Shown: piece after piece, positions 1-11,295 of the stretch
How the letters are laid out: each line of letters opens with the position of its first letter
Numbering within the stretch: the stretch's first letter is position 1
Source: Euprymna scolopes
Lineage: Eukaryota
Assembly: GCA_053919585.1 (NCBI GenBank)
Contig: CM132790.1
Direction: 5' to 3' (one strand)
DNA: 64,000 nucleotides
Notes under the pieces: generated by a model
The model's database searches: none
What the model was told of the DNA's origin: nothing
What the model saw: only the letters and a program-made list of their open reading frames with translations
Program-made: the position numbers and the translations under genes

Positions 1-39
1 TGGTTGATAGTGTGCGGCCTATTAGGTTAGAGACTCTTT

Positions 40-310
40 TTGGAATGAATAAGAACCAAGGTGTGCAATTATTTTCTAAGAGTGAGAGACTAGTGGCAGA
101 TGCACCAGCGAACTCTATAAGTACAGGAGTTCAGGTTGGGTTCTAGATTAGCTTTTACAGTCATCAGCCAGGTTTTTCTTTGTCCACTGTATCGCTCCAC
201 CCTGTAGGTGAACTAAGGCAATTGCTTCATAATCCAGCCAGCATAGACGTCTTATGCGGATGTCTTGTCGGAGACAGTTAATTTTGTAGCAGAACTGCTG
301 CCATTATGCA
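40..310 (-). mobile_element. Decayed RTE-like LINE 3' fragment
   Basis: Minus-strand translation gives DIRIRRLCWLDY, GQRKTWLMTVKANLE and LENNCTPW, which resemble RTE ORF C-terminal motifs (IRRRRLRWLGH, GRPRKTW..VKEDL, LA.NR..W). The frame is broken by stops and frameshifts. Confidence 0.5.
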
Positions 311-350
311 TGTAGATAAATATACAAAATAACAAACACCAAGTTTTTAT

Positions 351-351
<1 letters not shown>

Positions 352-409
<58 letters not shown>
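352..409. repeat. (CA)n microsatellite
   Basis: Perfect CA dinucleotide run. Confidence 0.98.
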
Positions 410-412
<3 letters not shown>

Positions 413-1550
413 TTTGTGCCACTTGTTTATCTATCACTAGATTAACAAAAAAAGAAAGAAAATGCTGATATCTGTACTTTCTTCTAAATAATGATTTATG
501 GTATTAAAATACAACTTTTGTGTACAATCAGAAAAGAGCCTGATTTTATATAAGAGTGCCAAATTCTATCATAATTGTTCTAAAAATAGAAACTATGAAC
601 AAATTACTAAATATTTTGTTCTCTATTGGTTTGTGATTTAAAGCCATTTTTTTTTTTTTTTTTACATAGCTTTAAATTTGTACCACTTTTGAATCAATAA
701 GGATATTTGTATAATTCTATTTGTATAATTCTAAACAGTTTTTTAAAACTCCATTCAGCTTTTTAGAACTACACTGTGATTAAATAGCAATAAGCATAAA
801 TGAAAATTAACAGGGAATACTATTACTAGGATTGGCTGTTTGATTTATAGTAAATCAATTGTCATTAATGACCATTTTGCTCAGTGGTAGCAGTTGTGGG
901 AAGTCCAAGCGGTAGATCTTTGAGAATCCCCCTTCTTCCAAAATTCAGCTTTCTATTTTTGCATTTGCACTGTTGATAGAATAGGAGCCATCGTCATCCA
1001 CATAGTAGTCATCTTGGTGTAGCAAGGTGGGGTGGGGTTTACAGGTACTTGATTGATAACACCACAATAACGAGTGTTGTCCACTTTTGCTATCAATTAT
1101 TTTTGATGTCGTCTTTGAACAGCAGTCAGATGTCAGTTTACTTGTAAAGAACCAAATGAATTTATAAGAGAAACTGAAATGAGTGCCTCAATCCTTCATA
1201 GTCAGCCAACCTTTGTGAGAGTAAACGTGCTGTTGTAGTAAAAGGGATGATTAAGAAAAATTAGATTTTATTTAACGTTAAAATGGTAGCATTCGCCTTC
1301 AATATTAATCCTAGTTTTCTTTTTATATATATATAAAAATGAAATCAAAACTTTAGTTCAAATAGTTTCAAGCACAACTAACCATAAATATTTGAACAAT
1401 TATGAAAGCAATTTTATATGCACTAAGAAGAATGCATGGACCATCAGATTGTAAATATGAAAATTCTGTAAATTTTGAACATGTTAAGAATGATAGAAAT
1501 TAAAATTTTGATTTTTCTTCCATTTATTAATTAAATTCTTTTTTGAAATA

Positions 1551-1903
1551 CAAGAGGCGTTCCAAAAGTATTACCTCCTATTTTTTAATCTGCCTGAATA
1601 GATCAGAGGGAATTACAAATTGCATTTTTATGATGCATTCATGATTTGAAAGTATCATCTCGATTGTAGATATTTGACAGAGCGAGACTCTAAGAAAGCG
1701 ACTCTTGTCATGAATGTGCATTTGAGATAGAGATGCATCATTGAATTCCTGGTAAAAGTGCATTGAGAATGGTGGTGACTATGTAGAAAAATTAATTCTA
1801 AAGCATTAAAGATTGCTCATTTTAATGGTACCACTCCCGTCTTTGTAGCTTTTCAACTTTTGAAGTTAAGAAATAGGAAGCTTTACTTTTGGAATAACTC
1901 TAG
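1551..1903 (+). mobile_element. Internally deleted non-autonomous mariner element (MITE)
   Basis: TA-flanked imperfect TIRs (caagaggcgttccaaaagtattacctcctattt / aaataggaagctttacttttggaataactctag). The left end matches the mariner at 37102 and the right end matches the fragment at 31750. Confidence 0.8.
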
Positions 1904-2146
1904 TATATCAAAGAATTAGTATTCAGACCACCAATACATTTTTTTTTTGTTATTTGTAATGTTATTTTTTCAAGTAATAATTGTTAAACAAGATTAACAA
2001 TTAACATTTTATTTCTGAAACTAATGTATGTTTATGCAAACAGTTGATATCAACCCCTCTCCATTCTAAGTAAGCTGTTATTTTTAGGTTAAATACTTTA
2101 CTAATTTGAGTTTTTTTTTTCAAATTTGATTTACATCTTATTTCAG

Positions 2147-2188
2147 ACTTGGTGATTGGTATACCGAAAATGCTGGGCCAGAACCAAG
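2147..2188 (+). CDS. Putative 42-nt internal micro-exon (phase 2/2, LGDWYTENAGPEP)
   Basis: Pyrimidine-rich acceptor tttacatcttatttcag, stop-free and GC-richer 42 nt, donor AG|GTGTGC. No homology recognised. Confidence 0.3.
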
Positions 2189-2856
2189 GTGTGCAATTAT
2201 TTTCATTTAATTTATTCTAGGTTATTGCTAATGAGAGTGAAATAGATAACAGTTAATGGCAAGCCTCTTATAATTTGGCATGTAGTACTTATGAAAAAAC
2301 AAAGCAAAACAAAAAACCTCCCCATAAATTGCATGCAGCTATTTTGTAATTTAGGAAAATACATGCAGGTAGATTTTCATGCTTGTAAAAAATATGAACA
2401 ATAAATTGCTTATAAAAATAATTCTAATTATTTGCATGAATTGATTTTCTAACTAAATATTTAATTTTGTTTATTTTTGTTTTTTGCTAACTCTTTTCAA
2501 AAACAGTTTGATTTTTTTTTCACTGAAATCCTTATTTTATGAAGTTTTAAATTGCGCTTTATCTTATTTTAATTTGAAAATTTAATATTAAAAGTTAACA
2601 ATTTCATAATATTCTTTTAATATAAATGAGTTGATATTCCATAATATTTTTTACATTGCTGTCTTACGAAAGTATACTTTAATATTGGAATTGTGCAATA
2701 TTCCTTTAATTACATTAATAAAAGATGTAATTATTATTCTACTTGATTTAATTCGTTTTTTTGGTAATTTTAACATCAATATTTAGTATTTTTTAGTCCT
2801 TTTTTCAGCAACGAAAAGCATTTGACACCAGTGTCTTTTCTTTGTTACATTTGTGC

Positions 2857-2962
2857 AAATAGAAACATATTTGTCCATTTTTTAACAATCTTTCTAATAA
2901 TGCTGAGAAATAGAAACATATTTGTCCATTTTTTAACAATCTTTCTAATAATGCTGAGAAAT
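2857..2962. repeat. 51-bp perfect tandem duplication
   Basis: aaatagaaacatatttgtcc...aataatgctgag is repeated at 2857 and 2908. Confidence 0.95.
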
Positions 2963-3248
2963 CCATTCTTTCATTTTCATAATCAATAAATAGTAATTCA
3001 TGTTACGATATTGCACAATGTTGTCACCTCTGAGAAATGGTATACAGTTCAAACACCAATGTAGGTTTCGTCAGATCATTTTTATCTGGGATTGATTTTG
3101 CAGTAATTGTTACTGATATAATGTATCCCACAAAAATACGGCATTGCATAGTTGTAGGATGAAGATAACAAAGACTTGATAGTTTGTTTTCACATATTTT
3201 ATTATCTTTTATTAACCTTCCTGAAATTTTGAGTAACTTCAGATAACA

Positions 3249-3274
3249 TTCTTGGCCTTCTGGCTAGGAATAAA
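3249..3274 (+). mobile_element. U2-headed element copy 1, 5' part (U2 stem I), separated from its body by the Tx1 insertion
   Basis: ttcttggccttctggctagga matches the U2 snRNA 5' sequence ttctcggccttttggctaaga. The continuation (caaagt.tagtatctgttct) resumes at about 5168. Confidence 0.75.
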
Positions 3275-5161
3275 AACTGGTTGGAGTACAAAGGTCGAAT
3301 CGTTGGTGGAGACTTTGATTCGAAGGAGATTATCCTTGAAGGGGCGAGCGGAGGCGTACGCTACTTACATCTTCCTGCTTATCTTTTACTGGTTGTCTGT
3401 ACTGCTTCCTGCAAAATGTCTCCTAGTTTTCGCAAAGCTCCTCGCCTCGTTTTTGTGGGAGAAGCAAAAGCATTATGTTCACAGTGAGGTCTGTACTCAA
3501 AGTCCAAGCAAAGGAGACCTGAGACTGCCCTATCTCAAATATCATAAACATACCAGGAGGTTAGCTTTCCGAGGTAGTCTACTAGAGGAAGACGTTCCAT
3601 GGCGCCCTGTTGTTGAAAGCACTTTCCCCAACCTTAAACTCGACCCGTCAGTCGAAGGCTGTCATAGGCCAAGAAGGGAATCAAATTCTTTGCTGAATGC
3701 CGAACTGCGCTTAGAGCTGTGCTGGGGACTAGGGTCCTCTCAAAACCTAGGAAAAACTTTATTGGGCATTAGTGATGGGTACCACTTCAGATCCCCTGAG
3801 GGAGCGGCTGGGATGGTCGGAGGAGATCTGCTCATAGTAGAATTGGGCATCAGGATGGAACTTTCTTGACAATTCAGAATTTTCCCTGACCTGGCTACTG
3901 ATTTGGAACACACTGCCCCTTTTTTCCAACTTCACAAGGAAAATGAAAATCTGTCCCTGGTGTCTGTACTACAATGATCATGAAATTGAAACAGCTGAGC
4001 ATACCTTTTTCTATTGCAGCTGACTCTGGGAACTCATGGAGTATGTCAAAGAGGTAATGACTCGCATCGATGCCGAGTGCTCACATTTCCATGATGCAAC
4101 ATACATCATTGACAACATGGATCTGCCGCTGTCCGGGGAGAAAGAATGGTTTTTCTGGCCATCCTAGCAGTAGCGAGAATGGTGATTTGGATCACCCGCC
4201 TAAAAAAGGTCTACGAGGGGACATTCATGTTCCAGATTGGGATCTGATCGTTTATGTTAAATATTTGCTTAAAGTGAAAATCAGATGCGATTCGAGAAGG
4301 TTTTAATAAGAGGTGGGTGCATAACATTAGTTTATACATCTGTCGAGGAGCCAGGTTTGAATTCGTGCTCCCACCGTAAAGCATGGCACATGTGGTCCTG
4401 GGTTCTTTGGAACCCATCTGCTAGAATAGCTTAGACTTTAAAAAGACTCTTGGCTGGTGATACAAATGAGATCCTGTTCCTGTTTTGTTTTTGGTACTAG
4501 AGAACTTCCAAGTTTGCCCAACCCATGCATCCTTTTCTTTTTTACCCCCCCCCCTCCCCCATCTTCCCCCACTTGGAGATCACCTTCCACCTGCGTTTTC
4601 CCTCCCTAATATTTTCTCCCCACATCTCCCAGTAAATCACCCCAATCTCAATTAGACCGTCCTGCTTGTTTTCGGCTCCGGAAAACAGTGGGCGATCTTA
4701 GGGTCGGGAGGGACCATCTTAATAGGCATTTTATTTGGTTCAATCTGTTCTTTTTTAGGTTTTTGTTAGCTTTTCTCCACTCCTCACCGCAAATTTTTTT
4801 ACACCACCAAATTCAAAGACTTTTTTTTATCTAATGATCTTTTTTCTCATTTTGCATCATTTAATCATTTATTAAAAAAATAAAATTCACACACGCATAC
4901 ATGTACATAATTTTTTTACAAAAACGCTGGGGAATTTATTTAGTAGGTTTGACTCCACAGAGTGAATGCAGTATTGTGGTAAATGGTGGCAGTCAAGAGT
5001 AATCTCCGAAGTTTTTAAGACCTTTTAGAAAGATCCTGCATCCCCCCCCCCTCCCCTAAATTTCTTATAGGGCTTCATGCCTAAGTTTATTTATTTGTAA
5101 ATTTTTACTCTTATTGTTCAAACTTTAAATTGTAAAATTTACGATCGGTAAAGTATATAAA
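3275..5161 (+). mobile_element. 5'-truncated Tx1-clade (L1 superfamily) non-LTR retrotransposon; ORF2 remnant about 3275-4378 plus 3' region
   Basis: Post-RT ORF2 motifs LSLKGRA..., FLW and KGDLRLP; then LDNSEFSLTWLLIWNTLP; CCHC knuckle CPWC...ETAEHTFFYC (3952-4017); C-terminal LKVKIR...KRWV. Flanked by a candidate TSD taggaa(t/c)aaa. The 3' boundary rests on that TSD. Confidence 0.8.
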
Positions 5162-5366
5162 TAGGAACAAAGTTTAGTATCTGTTCTGATACTACACTTC
5201 ACTTTTTCTGTCCTTGATCAGGGGAGGAGAAATCCTTCTAAACAGGCAATTTTTATTTTTGTTCCTATCCAGAATGCCCTCTTTTGGGGAGCTGGATTTT
5301 CCCCCACATTAAAAACCGACCTTGTGTCTAACTCTGCCCTCGTTGGGAGGAAAGTAAATAGGAACA
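5162..5366 (+). mobile_element. U2-headed SINE-like element, subfamily B, copy 1 body
   Basis: caaagtttagtatctgttct (U2) followed by the family body ggaggagaaatccttc...aatttttatttttg...gtctaactctgccctcg...taaataggaaca. Confidence 0.85.
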
Positions 5367-5376
5367 TTAGATAACA

Positions 5377-5595
5377 TTCTTGACTTTCGGGTCAAGGTCA
5401 GTGTAGTATCTGTTCTGATGCTACACATCATCTTGTCTGCCTTCTGTTAGTGGAGGAGAAATCCTTCATGATTGAGACAATTTTTATTTTTGTTCCTATC
5501 CAGAGTGCTCCTTTTAGGGGAACTGGATTTTCGCCACATTAAAAACCGAACTTGTATCTAACTCTGTCCTTGTGAGGAAGCAAGCAAATAAAAAC
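5377..5595 (+). mobile_element. U2-headed SINE-like element, subfamily B, copy 2
   Basis: Head ttcttgactttcgggtcaaggtcagtgtagtatctgttct and the same body as copy 1, arranged head-to-tail with copy 1. Confidence 0.85.
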
Positions 5596-6445
5596 TTAAG
5601 TGATGTGGACAATAATATGAGGACTAGGAGGGTTGCTCTTCCCCGAGCATAAATAGGGTTAGCTGGTTTGAGTAACCTTTTTATTAAACCATAAGTTTAA
5701 TCTAGTATCCCCAAACTAACTGCAGAGATGTATTCCCCACCTTCTCAAAACCCTAAAATTTCTATTAGACAACTTCATTTATTATGAACTTTTAAAAGTT
5801 GAAGACAAGTCAATATTACATGTGATAGAAGCTGCCATCTTAGATTCTAATAATTTCTGATGTTTCAATATTGGCCTGTTTTTTATGTTGTTCACTGGAC
5901 TAAATACAAGAAAATGCAATGCATTTATTTCTCTCTCTCTTGTAATAAAGTTATTTTGCTATTTTCAGTAGAACCCGTCATTGATTTGCAAAGCTAAAGA
6001 TTTAAAAAAAATATGAAGTTTCTAATTTATCATTGAACTTTACATCTTTAACTTTTGAAAGAGTCTAATTTAAGTTTTAGTAGTTCAAAATCCATTAACT
6101 GCTTCAAATAAATTTAAAAAATGATTGTACATACGTCTCATGGATATTTCAATTCTTTTTACTCGGATAGCAAATAATTTAACTGTGTTTCAATCTAAAG
6201 CAATTCTCACCCAAAAGATAGTTTCTCTAAGTGGATAAAAATAACTTACAGTTTAAATATTTTATGAATAATCTTGGCAAATTTGGGCATACTTTATTGG
6301 TTTTGAAAATATAGTTTTTTTTTTTACCAATTGACATAAAATTTAATCATAGAATATTATTATAATCTTCAAAAAGCCTGCAAATTTTTCATGTTTCATG
6401 CCATAGAACCAAAGATATGAGCATTTCAATATTCAATTTGACTAC

Positions 6446-6495
<50 letters not shown>

Positions 6496-6627
6496 GCAAA
6501 TAGTTAATAAACATGTTAAAAAACACTTTGAAAAAGAGTTATTTATTATTTAATCTGAAAAGGAAACACTTAATAAATGGATAGTCCTTAATCCACATAG
6601 TTTTGAAGAAATACTTTCCTATATATA

Positions 6628-7738
6628 TACTCATGAGCAAAAAAATAATGGGCCAAAAGTGAAAGAATGAATAAATCGATTTTTCAATATTTTTTCATGA
6701 ATTTTTGTTCATTTTAACTGAAAATTTCTATTTTGCAGATCATTATTATTATAGCATATAATAATAAGTGGAAACATTAATCCTAAAAATGGTAAGACCG
6801 CATCTTGAACTGAATTGCAGAATTAAGGCAGTCCAAAATGACTTACAAGCAGATTTTTGATATTTTAAGAAAAGAAAGTGAAAACATCTCTTTCTGTAGT
6901 GAAGTGAATTGGGCAAAGGTTCGAAGTTGAATCTGGTTGCCCTAGAGCATTCACTTTGAAGGACGACTACAGGCTTAAATTAACTGTTTTGAAGGATTGA
7001 AAGAAAACTTATGTTGACCATAGCAAAGAATTCAAAACAGAGACTGGAAATTCTCTTTGTAGATATACAATCTCTAGACGAATGAAAGAAATGGGATTTT
7101 CTTCTTAAAGGTGTGCAAAGAAGCCATTTTTATCTAAGAACGTCAATGATAGAAAGAGATTTTTCTCATTATGACAAGAAAGATACAGACTGGTTCAGAA
7201 ATGTTTTCTGGTCAGATGAATCAAGATTTTGTCTTGTTAGTGATGCTCCCAAACGGTGCATTCAAAGAACTGGAGAAAGATTTTCACCAAGTTGCATAAA
7301 AATGACAGTTAAACACCGGAATGGAGAGATAATAGTATGGGGAACTTTTACTGCAGCAGCAGTTGGGGAACTTATTAGATGTGAGAAGTCAATCAATGCA
7401 AAGGAATACATTCGAATATTAGAAACAGGACTGTTACCAAGTATCCAGAAGCTGGGAATATCTCAGAACATTATTTTTCAACATAATAATGCCCCTGCAC
7501 ACATTGCTAAAGTCACAAAAAATGGTTTTCTGATAATTCAATTAATGTGATATTTTGGCCAGGTCAAAGCCCCGATTTAAACCCAATCGAGAATATTTGG
7601 TCCATAATATCTTGTGCATTGGATGGAAGAACTTTTTCGAACAATGACAGACTGTGGGAGCTGTGCAAAGCAAATGGAATAGATATTGTAGTGATAATTT
7701 CAATTGTTTACATGCGTTAAAGTGGTTATCAAGTAATT
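6628..7738 (+). mobile_element. Decayed Tc1-family transposon (DD34E-type transposase pseudogene)
   Basis: VFWSDESRF, VKHRNGEIIVWG, FQHNNAPAH, then after a frameshift WPGQSPDLNPIENIW. Probable left TIR follows a TA run; no right TIR found. Confidence 0.9.
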
Positions 7739-9074
7739 AACTAATTTATTGAAAAAAGAAACATTCCAAGAAAAATTCAATTTGCTTCAAATTCATATAA
7801 CATTTCCATTTCTTTTTCTTATAGAAAACTTGTTGCTACTATGTGACTTGATAAGCGGTTATATTCTATTTGCCTTTCAATTGAATTCTAGTTAAATGAG
7901 AACCAAATAAATGGATCATAAATCACTTTTTCGTCTTTTTATTTTCTTTAGTTAAAATTCAATAAAATAAAATTTATTTTTAAATCATGTTATTGAAAAG
8001 CAACTCAAAATTGTTTCTTTTAACAATAAGTATGTTTTAATAACTTGGTCTTAAAATATTTTCTTATAAGTCTGCTTGAAGAACAATCAAATAAGATCTC
8101 AAATGTAAAACGAGATACATGATTTTACCGATTTATTTTACTCAATTAAACCAAGTTTTTCAATCGATTGCTGGCATCTTTTGTTGTGTAGACAAAATCA
8201 TGAGTAATTCGCAATCGTTTCATTATTAATAATTTGCAATTATGTTAGATATGAAATGTCTTTGTGTCTATGACTTAACACGATCATCATAGTAATGAGA
8301 AAGATATGATTTATTTTTCCATTGCAATTTTTGTTTTTATTTTTTCACGAGTTTCTAGTTGCCAGTTTTTCTTAATTTTATATGGACTATTTTTGATTCT
8401 CCTTTTATTCAATACTTTCTGCACACAAGTGTTGTTTAGCAGATTGGAATTTTGTTTGTGTAGAAAAATGAGTGACAAAATGATACATCTTGAAAAATAG
8501 ATCTGAAATCCTAACAATATCAACACAATAATGGAACCATTTTACAACCATTCTCAAAGTTCTACACAATGTAAAAATGTTTTCTGAGTCAGCATTTAGA
8601 CAATCAATTTTGGACAAAATAATGATTTGTGTCAGCACATGAACAGAAGTAAGAAAAGGTTATCTTTTATATACAATGAGAAACACTAGCACTAACATTG
8701 GTAAACTCTAGAATGTTTATGGAGGAAAGGTGATAATTTTATGATTAGAAAAAACTTAATGGACACTAAACAAAAAGATGATAGAACTTCTGTCCACCTT
8801 CATATAATGTTCAAGTCTACAAACGCTTAATTTCTAACCATCAATGTTATTACTTTTTCTACTTTTTTCTTTTTTTTTATGACATTGTATCAATAGCATC
8901 TCTTCCTCTGTACATTTAAACTGCATTTCTCTTTTGCTGACCCTCATATTTAATAGAGTTGTGTCCTTGTCTTCTTGCGTGTTAGATTTAACTAATATGT
9001 TGCAGGCCATATACATCTGACAAACTATTACAATGATAAATCGTTTCATTTAACGAATATCTTCCAGATTTTAT

Positions 9075-9352
9075 GTTTCTGGACATGACCTTGAACTATA
9101 TCCGAGGGTGAGGCTCATGCTTGTGGGCTTTGGGGAGTGTGGAGCCACTCTTTAATTGCCATTGCTCCCAGGTCCACTCTGACCCAGAGTTGTAGTAACT
9201 GTTAGGGTCCCAATTATGGGTTAAATAGAAACCGACTTGAAAAAAAACATTCTATTAAATAAACTTTTTCTTCAAAATCACCGGATTCGGCATTAAATAA
9301 CCTGAAAAGTGTTGATATGCCGTAAAACAAAAACAATTAACCAATTAATTAA
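9075..9352 (+). mobile_element. SINE-type interspersed repeat with 12-bp TSD
   Basis: Direct repeat tccagattttat at 9063-9074 and 9353-9364. Body ccaggtccactctgaccc...gttagggtccc and tail gatatgccgtaaaacaaaaac resemble, from memory, an abundant octopod SINE. Confidence 0.8.
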
Positions 9353-10501
9353 TCCAGATTTTATTATTAGGAAAACAAATAAAAACAATAGAAATGGTAT
9401 AAGGAATCATCTTGCAGACTTAGATACTCGAGTATTTGATATGACTGCTTGGTTTTTCTTGGTCAGTGGTTAAAACTTTCCGAGAAAGAACAATTTATCA
9501 AATGTTAAGATCTCTCCTGAAAAGGAAAGTTTGTTTAAAGCTGCAGCAGAGTTGTAGAGGTGGTAGAATTTGGAATTCAAGGGCTGAAATCATGAAAGAG
9601 AGAGAAAGTAAGTTCAAGCCAACTGAGGTAGATACTGCATTTTGGTCTTTAATCTTTTGCTTGAGATTTTAAATGGTTAATGCTTCCATGATTATCTTCT
9701 GATCCCGCAACAGACATAGGGCTGTCATCTCAAAATAGATGATAATCCATAGTATTTAAGAGTCTAAAACATCTTTTTATGTGTTTGGGCTAGAGTTTCT
9801 TTTCTGATTGGCTGTGCTCGGATACTTTGAATGTTTTATTAACTGAAATAAAACATAGATGGATAACTGGAGAAAGAATTGAGTTTATTTTTGTTACATG
9901 CGTTAGGTATGTTACAATGGTCACTTCAAGTTAAGTCTCCAGTCAACCAAATGTGCAGAATGTGACAACATTAAATTCTTCTTGCCATGTGGGCGTAGTT
10001 TCTTAAACTGCATACGGCATATGTATTCTTTCAAGTTAACAAAGTCAGAATCTTAGTTTATAAGTAATATAATAAACATGCGGTTATTATTTTCAAATTA
10101 TCTTTTTGTTTTTAAAGTGAATATTTTGCGATTATCATTTAACAAAAATTACATATGATATTAATACTGATACTACAACAATATATATATAACTGAAACT
10201 TCATTATTCAGCATATCTAGATAAGTATACTCATTTTGATACAATGAGATGCAATAATAGTGCTGCAGAGCCATAAAAAGGGAAAACATTTTAATTTATT
10301 TTATTTATAAATTTTAAATTATACAAGAATCGAAATGGTAATATGGGGCTTAACACTTAGAGCAGAATTGCACAATAATTCCTAGTAAACTTTAGAAGTA
10401 GTTGAAAATTTATCAATTCCGATCAATGAGCATTTGTGAACCCTCACGATGTCACTCACAAAATTGCATAATACAAAATATATACAAGTATAAAAAATGA
10501 A

Positions 10502-10908
10502 TCTGATATAATATAAGAAGACATGGGTTCTTCATTCAATCTTCGGTAGAAAAAAAAACAAAAAACAAAACATTCAGTCGGGCCATTCATCATGGGCCAA
10601 GTCCAGGGGAAGAGTTAGAAGAAATTATTTCTTCAATTCTTAGTGGTAAAAGTTCGAAAACCACTGAAACTAGATAAAATAATCGACGACTGATTTCTTT
10701 TTCTTAGTTTCTATTAAATTTAGGCCGTCGCAAAAGTTTGCGCATGAATTAGAGAAGTAGTCCAGGAATAGGGAGTGACGTGTTAAAAAAAAAAAAAAAA
10801 GGAGAGAAACAGACAGACAGACAGAGTAGTTTTAAGATGATGATGTTACACACTTTTTCATTTACTCCATTTTCCGGTGTCCTAGGCAACGACGGGTAAC
10901 CCTGCTAA
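10502..10908 (+). mobile_element. Non-autonomous Helitron remnant
   Basis: a|tc start with an AT-rich leader; 3' end ggcaacgacgggtaaccctgctaa|t resembles the Helitron terminus at 32474 (CTAG decayed to CTAA). Confidence 0.55.
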
Positions 10909-11245
10909 TCATTAATAAATGAAAATGACCAGAAATAATATTATCTCACTTAATAAAATAAAAAAATAATAAGAGAAACTATTCATTAAACAGTTAAACT
11001 TTGTGAAAATGGAAGCTTTGTTATATAGCTTTCAGCCTCCAATTCGATTCTGTGTACGTTGATGCTGCCTATTCTTTTTCATCCAAATAAATACACATTT
11101 CTTTGTTTAGATTGGGGTTCTTACACTATCAGTTTTCTATCCCCCCTTCTCTTTCTATGCTAACAAATAACATTACTTTGAAACCACAATTTTTTCTCTT
11201 TCAAAAACAAAATTGAAACTTATTTAATGTGATTCTTTGAAAGAA

Positions 11246-11295
<50 letters not shown>

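Noticed and set aside
252-437. Short ORFs containing CVCVCV or YIYIYI runs
   Set aside because: These are microsatellite translations.
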